Of a DNA stretch of 64,000 nucleotides, positions 1-10,111 are shown piece after piece (position 1 is the first letter of the stretch; each line of letters opens with the position of its first letter). The stretch spans positions 352,001 through 416,000 of the forward strand of contig CAVXVB010000008.1 of assembly GCA_963765205.1 (NCBI GenBank), written 5' to 3'. The notes under the pieces are model-generated. The model was given only the letters and a program-made list of their open reading frames with translations. It made no database searches and had not been told where the DNA came from. Source of the DNA: an uncultured Verrucomicrobiae bacterium. GTDB taxonomy: Bacteria; Verrucomicrobiota; Verrucomicrobiia; Opitutales; JABDGR01. The position numbers and the translations under genes were made by a program.

Positions 1-1198
1 CAGCGCGGTGGGTTGGCGCGCCGGCGGTTTCCGCGCGAGCGGAGGAATTCGCCTGATGCACGGGGATGTTCTGGCGGATGAGGCGTTGAATGCCGCGCAG
101 GTAATTGCGTTCGCTGTGGTCGCAGAAGGAGAGCGCGAGGCCGGCGGCGCCGGCGCGGGCCGTGCGGCCGATGCGGTGGACGTAGGCTTCGGGTTCGTTC
201 GGGATGTCGTAGTTGATGACGAGGGCGATGCCTTTCACGTCAATGCCGCGCGCGGCGACATCGGTGGCGACGAGGACGCGGACGCGGCCGGAGCGGAAGG
301 TTTCGAGGGCGTTCTGGCGGGCGGACTGGGATTTGTTGCCGTGGATTTCGCCGGCGGGGAAGCCGTCGCGCGTGAGGTTGCGGGCGAGTTTTTTCGCGCC
401 GTGCTTGGTGCGGGTGAAAGCGAGGACGAGGCCTTCGGAATGTTCGCCGAGAATTTGGCGGATGAGGGGATATTTGTCGCCTTGGTTGACTTGGTAAACG
501 CGCTGGGTGACGCGGTCCACCGTGGGGGCCTCGGGGGTCATTTCGACGCGGACGGGGTGGTCGAGGATGCGGGCGGCGAGGTCGAGGATGCTGGAGGGCA
601 TGGTCGCCGAAAAGAGGAGCGACTGGCGTTCCTCGGGGAGTTTGGCAAGGATGCGTTTCACGTCGGGCGCGAAGCCCATGTCGAGCATGCGGTCGGCTTC
701 ATCGAGGACAAAAATTTCGACGTGGTCGAAGCGGACGTGGCCTTGCTGGGCGAGGTCGAGGAGGCGGCCGGGCGTGGCGATGGCGATGTCGCAGCCGTGG
801 TGGAGCGCGTATACCTGGGGTTGCTGGCCGACACCGCCGTAAATGACGACGTGGCGCATTTTGAGATATTTGCCGTAGGCGGTGAAGCTGGCGCCGATTT
901 GCACGGCGAGTTCGCGCGTGGGCGTGAGGATGAGGGTGCGGGGCGAGCGGGGCACGCGGGGGAGCAGGCTGGCGGAGAGGCGTTGCAAAATCGGCAGCGC
1001 GAAGGCGGCGGTTTTGCCGGTGCCGGTTTGCGCGGAACCCATCAAGTCGCGGCCGGCGAGCAGGTGCGGAATGGCCTCGGCCTGGATGGGCGAGGGGTGT
1101 GTGTATTTCTTTTCGGTGAGCGCGCGCAGGAGCGGCTCGGCGAGGCCCAATTGGGCAAAGGTGCTGGCGGGGGCCAACGCGGGTGGGTGCTGAGTCAT
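1..1198 (-). CDS. rhlE: DEAD-box ATP-dependent RNA helicase (RhlE-like), 3' end runs off the window
   Basis: Manual minus-strand translation from ATG at 1198: MTQHPPALAPASTFAQLGL...PSPIQAEAIP...AQTGTGKT...VLDEADRMLDMGF...YVHRIGRTARAG (Q motif, motifs I, II, VI). Absent from the ORF track because its stop lies outside the window. Confidence 0.93.
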   Translation of the reverse strand, partial: MTQHPPALAPASTFAQLGLAEPLLRALTEKKYTHPSPIQAEAIPHLLAGRDLMGSAQTGTGKTAAFALPILQRLSASLLPRVPRSPRTLILTPTRELAVQIGASFTAYGKYLKMRHVVIYGGVGQQPQVYALHHGCDIAIATPGRLLDLAQQGHVRFDHVEIFVLDEADRMLDMGFAPDVKRILAKLPEERQSLLFSATMPSSILDLAARILDHPVRVEMTPEAPTVDRVTQRVYQVNQGDKYPLIRQILGEHSEGLVLAFTRTKHGAKKLARNLTRDGFPAGEIHGNKSQSARQNALETFRSGRVRVLVATDVAARGIDVKGIALVINYDIPNEPEAYVHRIGRTARAGAAGLALSFCDHSERNYLRGIQRLIRQNIPVHQANSSARAETAGAPTHRA

Positions 1199-1468
1199 GG
1201 AGAGGTGGGCAGGCGAAAGCAGGGATGCTTTCCGTGGGGCCGCCGCAAAAATCGCGGAGGCAACGGGCCTGAGCTAACTGAAGTTCCGAGTGGATGAGGG
1301 ACCGCCAAAGGCCACTTCTCGGAGAGATGCCCGCAGGGTTCTGAACGCCATGAATACCGGAGTGAACCCAGTGAACCAACGCTCGATGAAGGGGTGACTA
1401 TTGCAGACGGCGGGGAAAAAGCAAGGATAAATCGGCGGCGGGGTAAATTTGCTGAGCGACGCCGAAGC

Positions 1469-1538
1469 GGGCGCAGCAAGACTGCGCCACTACAAAAACG
1501 CGCTGTTCCAAATGTAGGGGCGCAGTCTTGCTGCGCCC
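1469..1538. repeat. Inverted pair of GTAG-type REP palindromes
   Basis: tgtaggggcgcagtcttgctgcgccc (1513-1538) and its reverse complement at 1469-1494 (25/26 match). Each has GTAG followed by an imperfect hairpin. Confidence 0.8.
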
Positions 1539-1542
1539 TCGC

Positions 1543-2910
1543 CTACCTATTTGTTGCCGGCAAGCCGTTGGCCAAAATTTCACGGATTTTTGGGAGAAGC
1601 GTCGCGTCGTTGGCGAAGGGGGCTTCGGTGCCGGATTTCATGTCCTTGATTTTGACTTCATTTTTCGCCACTTCGTCGGGGCCGAGGATGAGGGCGAGGC
1701 GCGCGCCGCATTGGTCGGCGGCTTTGAATTGTTTGCCGAATTTTTCGTCCTTGAGGGGGTAATCCACGGCGAGGCCGACGGCGCGCAGTTGGGCCGCGAG
1801 CTGGAGCGCCGGGGCGCGTTCCTTTTCGCCGCCGATGACGAGATAGATGTCCGGCTGGTCAACATCGCCGAGGGGGCGTTTCAGTTCCTGCAATAAATCG
1901 GTGACGGTCACGTCGCCGATGGCGAAGCCGACAGCAGGCAGGTCCACGCCGCCGAGTTTTTGAAGCAAATCATCATAGCGGCCGCCGCCGGCGAGGGCGC
2001 GGGCGGTGCCTTTGATTTGGAAAGCCTCAAAGACGAAGCCGGTGTAGTAGGCGAGCCCGCGGACGATGCGTAAGTCGAATTTGACAAATTCCCGCAAGCC
2101 CAATGCTCGCAAATGAGCTTTTAACGCTGCCGTTTCTTGCCCCCGTTGTATTAGCGGAGTATTTATACTGGACGGCATCGTAGGTTGCGAGAAATACATC
2201 GGGTCTTCGCCATGTGGAAGAAACTCATTGATTTTTTTCCATGCCTCTTCAGCCCGCTCACCAAAACACGACTTCAGCTTGTTAATTATTTCTTCCTTTG
2301 ATTCCCGTTCCCACTTATCTATATAAGTTCGTACCAATGGAATCTTTGCCTTGTCGGCATCTTGAGTAAAACCAAGGCAATCAAATAATGCGCCTAAAAA
2401 CATAAACCACAACTTCCGATCACTGATGCGAATTTCAAATTCACCCTCTTTCAAGCCGCAGGCTTTGAGCGACTCGACGAGAAGGGCGATGCACTCGGCG
2501 TCAGCGCCGGGGCCGGGTTCGCCGAGGATGTCGGCGTTGAATTGGTAGAAGGAGCGGAGGCGGCCTTTTTGGGGTTTTTCGTAGCGGAACTGTTCGCCGA
2601 TGGAGAACCATTTGACGGGTTTGCGGAGGGAGCCGGCGCGGGCGGCGACAAGGCGGGCGAGCGAGGGGGTCATTTCCGGGCGGAGGGCCACTTGGCGGCC
2701 GCCTTTGTCGGTGAACTCGAAGAGTTGCGCGCGGATTTCCTCGCCGGATTTTTCGGTGAAGAGTTCGAGCGGTTCGAGGAGGGGGGCGTCGTATTCGACG
2801 AAGCCGTGGCGGCGGGCGGCGGCGCGCCAGGCCTGGAAGAGCGCGTGGCGGGCGGCGCAGTCCTCGGGATAGAATTCCCGAAATCCGGGCAGGCTTTGGA
2901 AGGTGCTCAT
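1543..2910 (-). CDS. hisS: Histidine--tRNA ligase
   Basis: LRPEMTPSLAR, FRYEKPQKGRLRSFYQ, VRGLAYYTG, GGGRYDDL, PAVGFAIG and a C-terminal anticodon-binding domain. Confidence 0.97.
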   Translation of the reverse strand: MSTFQSLPGFREFYPEDCAARHALFQAWRAAARRHGFVEYDAPLLEPLELFTEKSGEEIRAQLFEFTDKGGRQVALRPEMTPSLARLVAARAGSLRKPVKWFSIGEQFRYEKPQKGRLRSFYQFNADILGEPGPGADAECIALLVESLKACGLKEGEFEIRISDRKLWFMFLGALFDCLGFTQDADKAKIPLVRTYIDKWERESKEEIINKLKSCFGERAEEAWKKINEFLPHGEDPMYFSQPTMPSSINTPLIQRGQETAALKAHLRALGLREFVKFDLRIVRGLAYYTGFVFEAFQIKGTARALAGGGRYDDLLQKLGGVDLPAVGFAIGDVTVTDLLQELKRPLGDVDQPDIYLVIGGEKERAPALQLAAQLRAVGLAVDYPLKDEKFGKQFKAADQCGARLALILGPDEVAKNEVKIKDMKSGTEAPFANDATLLPKIREILANGLPATNR

Positions 2911-2923
2911 TTAGGAAAATTTA

Positions 2924-3067
2924 ACCACGGAAGGCACGGAGGACACGGAGGGCGGAAAGAAGGGAATTATGTTATCTCGCGCAGAGACGCCAAGGCGCAA
3001 AGGAGGAGGGAAAGCCGTTGCAGCCAGGCCCGGAAACACTGCTTTGCGCCTTGGCGTCTGGGCGCGA
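2924..3067. repeat. Intergenic short-period repeats: 9-mer CACGGA-NNN run plus a long inverted repeat
   Basis: cacggaagg cacggagga cacggaggg; tcgcgcagagacgccaaggcgcaaag (2977-3002) pairs with ctttgcgccttggcgtctgggcgcga (3042-3067). Confidence 0.7.
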
Positions 3068-3087
3068 AGATTCAGGCCCGCAAACAT

Positions 3088-3411
3088 TTACGCGGTGGGC
3101 TGGTCGAGGACGTTGAGGTCGAGCTTTTTGAGTTCGGCCTTCAACTCCTTGCCGGACTTGAACTTGATGACGGCGCGCTTGGGGATGATGACGTTTTTTT
3201 CGGGCTTGTTGGGGTTGCGGCCGATGCGGCTCTTGCGCACCTGGACCTCGAAGACGCCGAAGTTGCGCAGCTCGACGTTTCGCCCTTGCGCCAAGGCCCG
3301 GGCAATGACATCCAAGGTCATATGCACCGTGTCGCGGACTTCCTTTTGCGGAAAGCCCGTTTTTTCGTATATTTCCAAAACTATGTCGCGTTTGGTGAGA
3401 TTGGCAGCCAT
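3088..3411 (-). CDS. HU/IHF family nucleoid DNA-binding protein
   Basis: LTKRDIV...VELRNFGVFEV..RKSRIGRNPN...IPKRAVIKFKSGKELK signature. Confidence 0.95.
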   Translation of the reverse strand: MAANLTKRDIVLEIYEKTGFPQKEVRDTVHMTLDVIARALAQGRNVELRNFGVFEVQVRKSRIGRNPNKPEKNVIIPKRAVIKFKSGKELKAELKKLDLNVLDQPTA

Positions 3412-3507
3412 GGTGGCCTCCGGTCGGGGCGCCCGGGGGGCGCGAGTTGAAAGTTCTTTGTCGTGAGATACTTCCGCATAAACCCCACCCTGTCAAAAGG
3501 TTTTTTT

Positions 3508-5100
3508 ATGAGCCAAGACGAGCCAAGCACCCCCCTGGACGACCTGCAAAAGCAGATGCAGGAGTGGCTGCGCGCGAACCGGCCACCCGGCGGAGCGGCG
3601 GGCGCGCCCCACCCTTTCGGCCAGGCGGCTCCGGAAGCGCCCCCGTCCGCGCACGACAGCGAGGCCGATGCCGAGGCTTTGCGGCGCATCCGCGAATTTT
3701 CATTCAAGCCCAAGGAAATCCGCGATTACTTGAACCGCTACGTGGTCAAGCAGGTGGAGGCGAAAAAGGTGCTATCCGTGGCAATTTGCGACCACTTCAA
3801 CCACGTGCGGCTGTGCCTGGACAAGCCGGAGCGGCGCGAGCGGGAATACAGCAAGCAGAATATTTTGCTGCTGGGGCCGACCGGCGTGGGCAAGACTTAC
3901 CTGATGCGCACGGTGGCGCGGCTGATCGGCGTGCCGTTCGTGAAGGCCGACGCGACGAAGTTTTCCGAGACGGGCTACGTCGGCGGCGATGTCGAGGACT
4001 TGGTGCGGGATTTGGTCAAGGTGGCCAATGGGAATGTGGAGCTGGCGCAATACGGCATCATCTACATTGACGAGATTGACAAGATTGCGTCGGAGGCCGG
4101 GCACGGGCGCGATGTGTCGGGGCGTGGCGTGCAAATCAATTTGCTGAAGTTGATGGAGGACACGGAGGTGAGCCTGGTGTCGCCGACGGATATGATGGGG
4201 CAGATGCAGGCGATGATGGAATTTTCGCGCGGGGCAAAGAAGCCGCGCAAGCGCACCGTGAACACGCGGCATATTCTGTTCATCGTCTCGGGGGCGTTCG
4301 ACAAGCTGGCGGAGACGGTGCAGAAGCGGCTTGACCACGGACGCATTGGGTTCGGCAGCGAAAACCTGTCGGGCCGCGAGCCGCATGAATACCTGCGCTA
4401 CACGGAGACGGCGGACTTTATCAAATACGGGTTTGAGCCGGAATTTATTGGGCGGCTGCCGGTGCGCGTGGCGTGCGAGGCGCTGGGCGCGGACGACCTG
4501 GCGCAAATCCTGGTCTCGTCGGAAGGCTCGATTCTTCAGCAATATCGCGAGGACTTCCAGGGCTACAAGGTGGATTTTCGCATCACGGCGGAGGCCATCC
4601 GCGAAATCGCCACACGCGCGCACGCGGAAAAAACGGGCGCGCGCGGGTTACTGACGGTGCTCGAGCGGGTGTTCCGCGATTTTAAATTCCACCTGCCCTC
4701 GACGGGTATCAGCGCGTTTGAAGTCACGGACGCGACGATCAAGGACCCGCACACGGCGCTCCAGCAACTGCTGGCCGAACACACGCACCTGCAGCATGGC
4801 GCGCACATGGCGGACCTGGACCGCTTCGCCGAGGATTTTCTGCGCGAGCACGGGCTGCGGCTGGTGTTTGACGAGGGCGCGCGGGACGTGCTGGCCGCCG
4901 CCGCACTGGAAAAGGACCAGAGCATCCGCGCGCTGTGCCAGCAGCGCTTCCGCGACTTCCAGCACGGGCTGAAAATTGTCGCGCGGAACCTGAATCGCGA
5001 CAGCTTCACGATCACGCGCGCGGCGGCGGAAAACCCGGACGCGGAATTGTCGAAATGGGTGGTGGAGAGTTTTGCGAAGAATGCCGAGGGGAATAAGTGA
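3508..5100 (+). CDS. ClpX-like AAA+ ATPase (no N-terminal zinc finger, duplicated C-terminal small domain)
   Basis: [15 protein letters not shown] (Walker A), [27 protein letters not shown] (Walker B), [12 protein letters not shown] loop, [15 protein letters not shown]. Confidence 0.9.
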   Translation: MSQDEPSTPLDDLQKQMQEWLRANRPPGGAAGAPHPFGQAAPEAPPSAHDSEADAEALRRIREFSFKPKEIRDYLNRYVVKQVEAKKVLSVAICDHFNHVRLCLDKPERREREYSKQNILLLGPTGVGKTYLMRTVARLIGVPFVKADATKFSETGYVGGDVEDLVRDLVKVANGNVELAQYGIIYIDEIDKIASEAGHGRDVSGRGVQINLLKLMEDTEVSLVSPTDMMGQMQAMMEFSRGAKKPRKRTVNTRHILFIVSGAFDKLAETVQKRLDHGRIGFGSENLSGREPHEYLRYTETADFIKYGFEPEFIGRLPVRVACEALGADDLAQILVSSEGSILQQYREDFQGYKVDFRITAEAIREIATRAHAEKTGARGLLTVLERVFRDFKFHLPSTGISAFEVTDATIKDPHTALQQLLAEHTHLQHGAHMADLDRFAEDFLREHGLRLVFDEGARDVLAAAALEKDQSIRALCQQRFRDFQHGLKIVARNLNRDSFTITRAAAENPDAELSKWVVESFAKNAEGNK

Positions 5101-5190
5101 AAAATTGAAAATTCTCCCCGGTCCGACTTACAAACGCCGCCGCATTTTATAATGGCGGGACACCGGTGGATTCTGCGAAACTCACGGCGC

Positions 5191-5718
5191 ATGAAATCCC
5201 ACGAACTCATCCGCCAACTGCTGCAAAAGGCGAATGCCAAACAACTGGCCGCGGAAATGGGCCTGTCCACGTCGCTCATCTATAAATGGGCGGAGCCGGG
5301 CGAGGACGGCGGCAGCGGGACGGTCAACCCGCTCGACCGCGTCCAGCAACTGGCCCATTTGACGGACGGCATCCGCGTGGCGCAATGGGTGTGCGCGTGC
5401 GCCGGCGGCCTTTTCGTCAAAAGCCCCAAAGCGCTGCCCGGCGGGGAGACGCACACGCTGGCGGCGGCCAGCCATGAAATCATCCATGAGTTTGCCGACA
5501 TGCTCTCGACCATCGCCGCCGCGGCACTTGACAACAACATCACCGCGGAGGAGGCGAAAGACATCCGCGAGCGGTGGCAGTTGCTCCAGTCGGCGACGGA
5601 GGAATTTGTCCGTAGTTGCGAAGGGGGGGATTTTCGTCCGATCATTGAGAAACACCAGCAAAACGGCCCGGCGAAAATCGGGTCGAGAAATGCGCCGCCG
5701 AGTCCGACGCGCGGGTGA
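5191..5718 (+). CDS. Phage regulatory CII-like helix-turn-helix protein
   Basis: N-terminal HTH (AKQLAAEMGLSTSLIYKWAEP), NPLDRV motif, C-terminal 'ALDNNITAEEAKDIR' helical segment. Confidence 0.6.
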   Translation: MKSHELIRQLLQKANAKQLAAEMGLSTSLIYKWAEPGEDGGSGTVNPLDRVQQLAHLTDGIRVAQWVCACAGGLFVKSPKALPGGETHTLAAASHEIIHEFADMLSTIAAAALDNNITAEEAKDIRERWQLLQSATEEFVRSCEGGDFRPIIEKHQQNGPAKIGSRNAPPSPTRG

Positions 5719-5735
5719 AGCGGTAGTTTTTTCCC

Positions 5736-6431
5736 ATGCCCGAAGCCAGCGCCATCGCGGATATGTTCAGCGGCATTGCGCCGCGCTATGACTTGGCCAA
5801 CCATGTCCTGAGCTTTGGCTTGGACTTTGGCTGGCGGCGGCGGCTGGTGCGGGCGGTCGCGGCGGCGCACCCGCGGCGGGTCGCGGACCTGGCCACGGGG
5901 AGCGGCGATGTCGCGTTTGCGTTGAAGAAACAGTTGGGACCGGGCGTGGAAGTGCGCGGGCTGGATTTTTGCGCGCCGATGCTGGAGGCGGCCGAGCGGA
6001 AAAAGGCCGCGCGACCATGGGCGCGCGCGATTGTTTTTGCTCTGGGCGACTGCCTGAATTTGCCGTTGGCGGATGATTCGCTGGATGCGGTGACGATCGC
6101 GTGGGGCGTGCGCAACCTGGCGGATCGCGCGCGGGGTTTTGCGGAGATGCGGCGCGTGCTGCGGCCCGGCGGGCGGTTGTTCGTGCTCGATAATTCGCAG
6201 CCCGAGGGCTGGACGCGCCCGTTGAGCAAGTTCTACCTAAATACAGTGGTGCCCATGGCGGGCGGGGTGATCACGGGGCGGCCGGCGGCGTATCGCTACC
6301 TGGCCACTTCATCCGCGGCGTTTCCGAGCCGCGCCGCGCTGGCGGCGGAGATGACTGCGGCCGGCTTCGCGCACGTGCGCCATGAAGGACTGGCGGGGGG
6401 CGTGGTGGCGCTGCATGAGGCGGAAAAATGA
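5736..6431 (+). CDS. ubiE: UbiE/MenG family (demethylmenaquinone) methyltransferase
   Basis: MFSGIAPRYDLANHVLSFGLD..WRR, DLATGSGD, LPLADDSLDAVTIAWGVRN, EMRRVLRPGG, AYRYL. Confidence 0.92.
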   Translation: MPEASAIADMFSGIAPRYDLANHVLSFGLDFGWRRRLVRAVAAAHPRRVADLATGSGDVAFALKKQLGPGVEVRGLDFCAPMLEAAERKKAARPWARAIVFALGDCLNLPLADDSLDAVTIAWGVRNLADRARGFAEMRRVLRPGGRLFVLDNSQPEGWTRPLSKFYLNTVVPMAGGVITGRPAAYRYLATSSAAFPSRAALAAEMTAAGFAHVRHEGLAGGVVALHEAEK

Positions 6432-6612
6432 GAAGGCGGTGGGGTGAGGCGACTGAGGGGAAAAGGCAGATTGCTGAACATTCGAAAACTCAATTGCGAT
6501 GGGATTCAGTTAGGAGTGGACAAACATTCATTTCGACTACGCTCCGCCCCCTCAGTCATCCTAGTCGCTTTTGTCGCCAAGCCCTATTATAAAATACACC
6601 CTTGCGGCAGTG

Positions 6613-6984
6613 ATGGAAAATCTTAACCTTCCACCCATGAATATTGAAAAATTGCAGCAACTGGCCGAAATGCACCGCCGTGGCGAATTGACGGACGCGG
6701 AGTTTACCTTGGCCAAACAAGCAATCTTGCAAGCACCGCCGGAAACATCATTCAATCTGCCCACGCCAGAAACGCTGGGCGAATCCGTTCGCGAAGGGGT
6801 AAATGCCTGGATCAAATACCGCATAGTTATGGCCGTGGTTGGTGGGATTCTCATTGTGATTATGGCGATAGCGATGTTCAGCATGGTCTCCTCCGCGACT
6901 TCACGCATGAGCGGCGGGCCACCGGTGATCACTCCGTTCTCCGGGCCGGGGCATGGCGTTCCCAGTGTGATCCCCAGCCGGTGA
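6613..6984 (+). CDS. SHOCT-domain membrane protein
   Basis: IEKLQQLAEMHRRGELTDAEFTLAKQAIL (SHOCT pattern) plus one TM helix. Confidence 0.75.
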   Translation: MENLNLPPMNIEKLQQLAEMHRRGELTDAEFTLAKQAILQAPPETSFNLPTPETLGESVREGVNAWIKYRIVMAVVGGILIVIMAIAMFSMVSSATSRMSGGPPVITPFSGPGHGVPSVIPSR

Positions 6985-7041
6985 TTCGCAAAAGCCTGCG
7001 ACGGCCCGGCGTGGTGGATCTGCATGTGGCAGAAAAGTAGC

Positions 7042-7131
7042 GGCAAAGGGGCAGAGGGACAAAGGCACAGAGGGAAAGGCAAAAGAGCCTCCACCGCCTT
7101 TGTCCCTCTGTCCCTTTGCTCCTTTGTCCCT
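7042..7131. repeat. Inverted arrays of 8-mer tandem repeats
   Basis: ggcaaagg ggcagagg gacaaagg cacagagg ... gcctttgt ccctctgt ccctttgc tcctttgt between convergent genes. Confidence 0.75.
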
Positions 7132-7141
7132 ACCACCTCCC

Positions 7142-9600
7142 CTACTCTTTCCGGCTGATGCGCATGCCGTAGAAGGAGCGCCAGACGAAGAAGAGGCCGA
7201 TGGCGATGAAGAACACGGCGAGATACGGCGCCTGGGCCTTGGCGTTCACGGCGATTTCCACCGCGAGGATGCCGAAGAGCGTCGTGAACTTGATGATGGG
7301 GTTGAGCGCCACCGAGGAGGTGTCCTTGAACGGGTCGCCCACGAGGTCGCCGACGACGGTCGAGTCGTGCAGGGGCGTGCCCTTTTGCTTGAGTTCGACT
7401 TCGACGAGCTTCTTGGCGTTGTCCCAGCAACCGCCGGCGTTGGCCATATAGACCGCAGCGAAGAGGCCGAAGAGCGCGATGGCGATGAGGTAGCCGATGA
7501 AGAACACCGGATTGACGAAGGCGAAGCCGAGCGCGAGCGTGAAAATGACGATGAAGATGTTGATCATGCCTTTTTGCGCGAAGACCGTGCAGATGCGCAC
7601 GACCTCGTTGCTGTCCGCCGTGGAAGCCTTCTGGCCGCCGTCGAGCTTGATGTTTTTGCGGATGTATTCCACCGCGCGGTAAGCGCCGGTGGTGACGGCC
7701 TGCATCGAAGCGCCACAGAACCAGTAGACAACCGCGCCGCCGGCCATCATGCCCATGATGATCCAGGGGTTGGTGATGCTGAGCGGCTCAAAATTCGCCC
7801 AGCCTTCGTGAGCCTTGAGCATCAGGATGAGCGAGAAAATCATCGTGGTCGCGCCGACAACGGCGGTGCCGATGAGCATGGGCTTGGCGGTAGCCTTGAA
7901 GGTGTTGCCCGCACCGTCGTTGGCTTCGAGGAAGTGCTTGCCGGTTTCGAAGTCGGGGCGGAAGCCGAAGGCGTGCTCCACTTCTTTATGGATGTTGGGC
8001 ATCTGCTCGATGGTCGAAAGCTCGAAGACCGACTGCGCGTTGTCCGTCACCGGCCCGTAGCTGTCCACCGCGATGGTGACAGGGCCCATGCCCAACATGC
8101 CGAAAGCGACGAGACCGAAGGCGAAGACCTCGGGGTAATTCATGATTTCGGCGAGGATGTGGCCGGTGCCCAGCGCGTGGGTGCTGGTCATAAAACCGAT
8201 GAACATCAAACCCGCCAAGGTCAGGCCCATCCAGAAGGCGGAGAATTCGCCGGCGACGAGGCCGGAGAGAATCGTGAGGCCGGTGCCGCCTTCCTTGGTG
8301 GCGTCCACGACTTCGTGGCAATGGGCGCTGTGCATGGAGGTGAAGGCGCGCGTCAACTCGGGGATGACGGCGGCGCAGATGGTGCCGCAACTGATGATGG
8401 TGGCGAGCTTCCACCACACGCCGGTCGCGAGGACGTCGTGCAGCATGGTGTAGCTGAGGAGGAACGTCACGCCGATGCCCATGAGGGAAGTGATCCAGAC
8501 CAAGAGGGTGAGCGGGTGCTCGAAATTGAAGTTCTTCGAGTCCTTGAACAAGACGCGGGACAGTTTGGTGTTGATGAACCACGCGACGATGGACAGGGCC
8601 ACCATCACGATGCGCATGGCAAAAATCCAGACAATCAACGTCCATTGATACTCCGGCTTGACGGCCAGGCAGATGAAGCTAATAAGGGCGACGCCGGTAA
8701 CGCCGTAGGTCTCGAAGCCATCGGCGGTGGGGCCGACGCTGTCGCCGGCGTTGTCGCCCGCGCAGTCGGCGATGACGCCGGGGTTGCGCGCGTCGTCCTC
8801 CTTGATTTTGAGGACGATCTTCATCATGTCGCTGCCGACGTCGGCAATTTTGGTGAAGATGCCGCCGCAGATGCGCAGGACGCTCGCGCCGAGGGACTCG
8901 CCGATGGCGAAGCCAATGAAGCTGACGCCGGCCAGCTCGCGCGGGACGAACTTCAAAATCGTCAGCATCATGATCAACTCGACGCTGACCAGCAGCACGC
9001 CGATGCTCATGCCGGAGCGGGTCGGAATTTCAGACAGGGGGACGGCCTTGCCGCGCAGGGCGGCGAAAGCCATGCGGCTGTTGGCGACGTTGTTGATGAG
9101 GATGCCGAACCACGCCACCGTGAGCGAGCCGCCCATGCCCACGAGCGACCAGAAAAGAATCAGGACGACGGAGCCAACCGCCATCTTTTGCAGGACGCCG
9201 AAATAAAGCACCATCGTCGCGCCAATCAGCACTTCGAGCATGAGCAGCAGCTTGGCCTGCTGGAAGAGGTAGGTCTTGCAGGTGCTGTAGATTAGCTCCG
9301 AAACATCCAGCATGGACTTGTGCGCGGGCAGGCTCTTCAGGTAGCGCAATTCATTGAGGCCGTAAAACGCGCCAAAAACGCACATGACCAGGCCGCCGAG
9401 CAGAATCGCGCCGCCGGTCAGGTGCAGGCCGAAAACATTGAACACGAAGTCGGTGGGCGCCGGCAATTGGATGTCGGCGTCGCCGGCCGCGCGGGCAGTC
9501 GAGGCGAAAAGCGCGCAGGAGACGAGAGCCGTGAGCGCGCACGCCAAAGCGCGCGCCGCCCACCGCGAAAAACGGGGGAGAGGGGGGAACGGGATTTCAT
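7142..9600 (-). CDS. hppA: Membrane-bound H+-translocating pyrophosphatase, divergent long subfamily
   Basis: GGIFTKIADVGSD, EDDARNPGVIADCAGDNAGD, DSYGPVTDNA, GAGNTFKATAK, GGCWDNAKK, VVGDLVGDPFKDTS. The likely ATG at 9600 is one base out of frame with the main ORF, suggesting an indel near 9580. Confidence 0.93.
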
Positions 9601-9714
9601 AAGCAGCAACAAAAGAACGGGACGAGGGAGATTCCACCGTCCAGAAGCCCCATCCCCTTAGAGCCAATTTGCGCGTTTGGCAATGGCATTTAGTTCGGGG
9701 TAGTGACCTATTGT

Positions 9715-9769
9715 GGCAGGGACGCTTCTCCGAGGCGTCCGCAGACGTTTCGGAGAAACGTTCCCTACC
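9715..9769. repeat. REP doublet (GGTAGGGACG family)
   Basis: ggcagggacgcttctccgaggcgtcc ... gacgtttcggagaaacgttccctacc, an inverted pair; same family as 54411-54437. Confidence 0.75.
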
Positions 9770-9844
9770 AAATTTTAGAATGCGCCACTGGCTGCGTTTT
9801 TCGTGGGTTGATTAAATAACCGCCCTCGCCTACGCTGGTAGCCT

Positions 9845-10111
9845 ATGACAAACCGCACGGCCAAACGCGTTCGCAACAGCCGCAGCGAAGGGTCGCGCAT
9901 TCCCAAGGCGTGGTCGCTGGGTTGCGCGGAAGTGCAAATCTCCCGCACGCCCGAAGGTTTGCTCGTCCGGCACCCGCCGCGCACCATCGCCGATTTGGCG
10001 GCGCGGCATGATGGGTTGCCCGCCTTGCGGCTCAATTGTCCACGCGGCGATTATCCGCAAAAACGCTCAACGTTTAACCAAGAAAAACCCTCGGTGGGGA
10101 TTATCGGTTGA
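9845..10111 (+). pseudogene. Degenerate AbrB/VapB(VagC)-like antitoxin, no toxin partner
   Basis: TAKRVRNSRSEGSRIPKAWSLGCAEVQISRTPEGLLVRH resembles the 'TAKLFxNGRSQAVRLPK...EVxIxRxGxxLILxP' AbrB-fold pattern, with several degenerate positions. Confidence 0.5.

Noticed and set aside
8..1297. 429-aa plus-strand ORF
   Set aside because: Antisense shadow of the DEAD-box helicase, whose motifs are on the minus strand.
2075..2455. Intein, intron or DGR variable region in hisS
   Set aside because: No C/S...HN intein ends, the frame is continuous and replaces the normal insertion domain, and no reverse transcriptase or template repeat is in the window.
6444..6560. Short ORF and gactgagggg/cccctcagtc inverted repeat after ubiE
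   Set aside because: A 10-bp inverted repeat around AT-rich sequence may be a REP-like remnant, but there is too little signal to call a feature.
7100..9295. 731-aa plus-strand ORF, and similar long shadows at 14324-16654, 20022-21893, 47992-49392 and 54871-56670
   Set aside because: Antisense ORFs expected in high-GC DNA opposite well-supported genes; no motifs.
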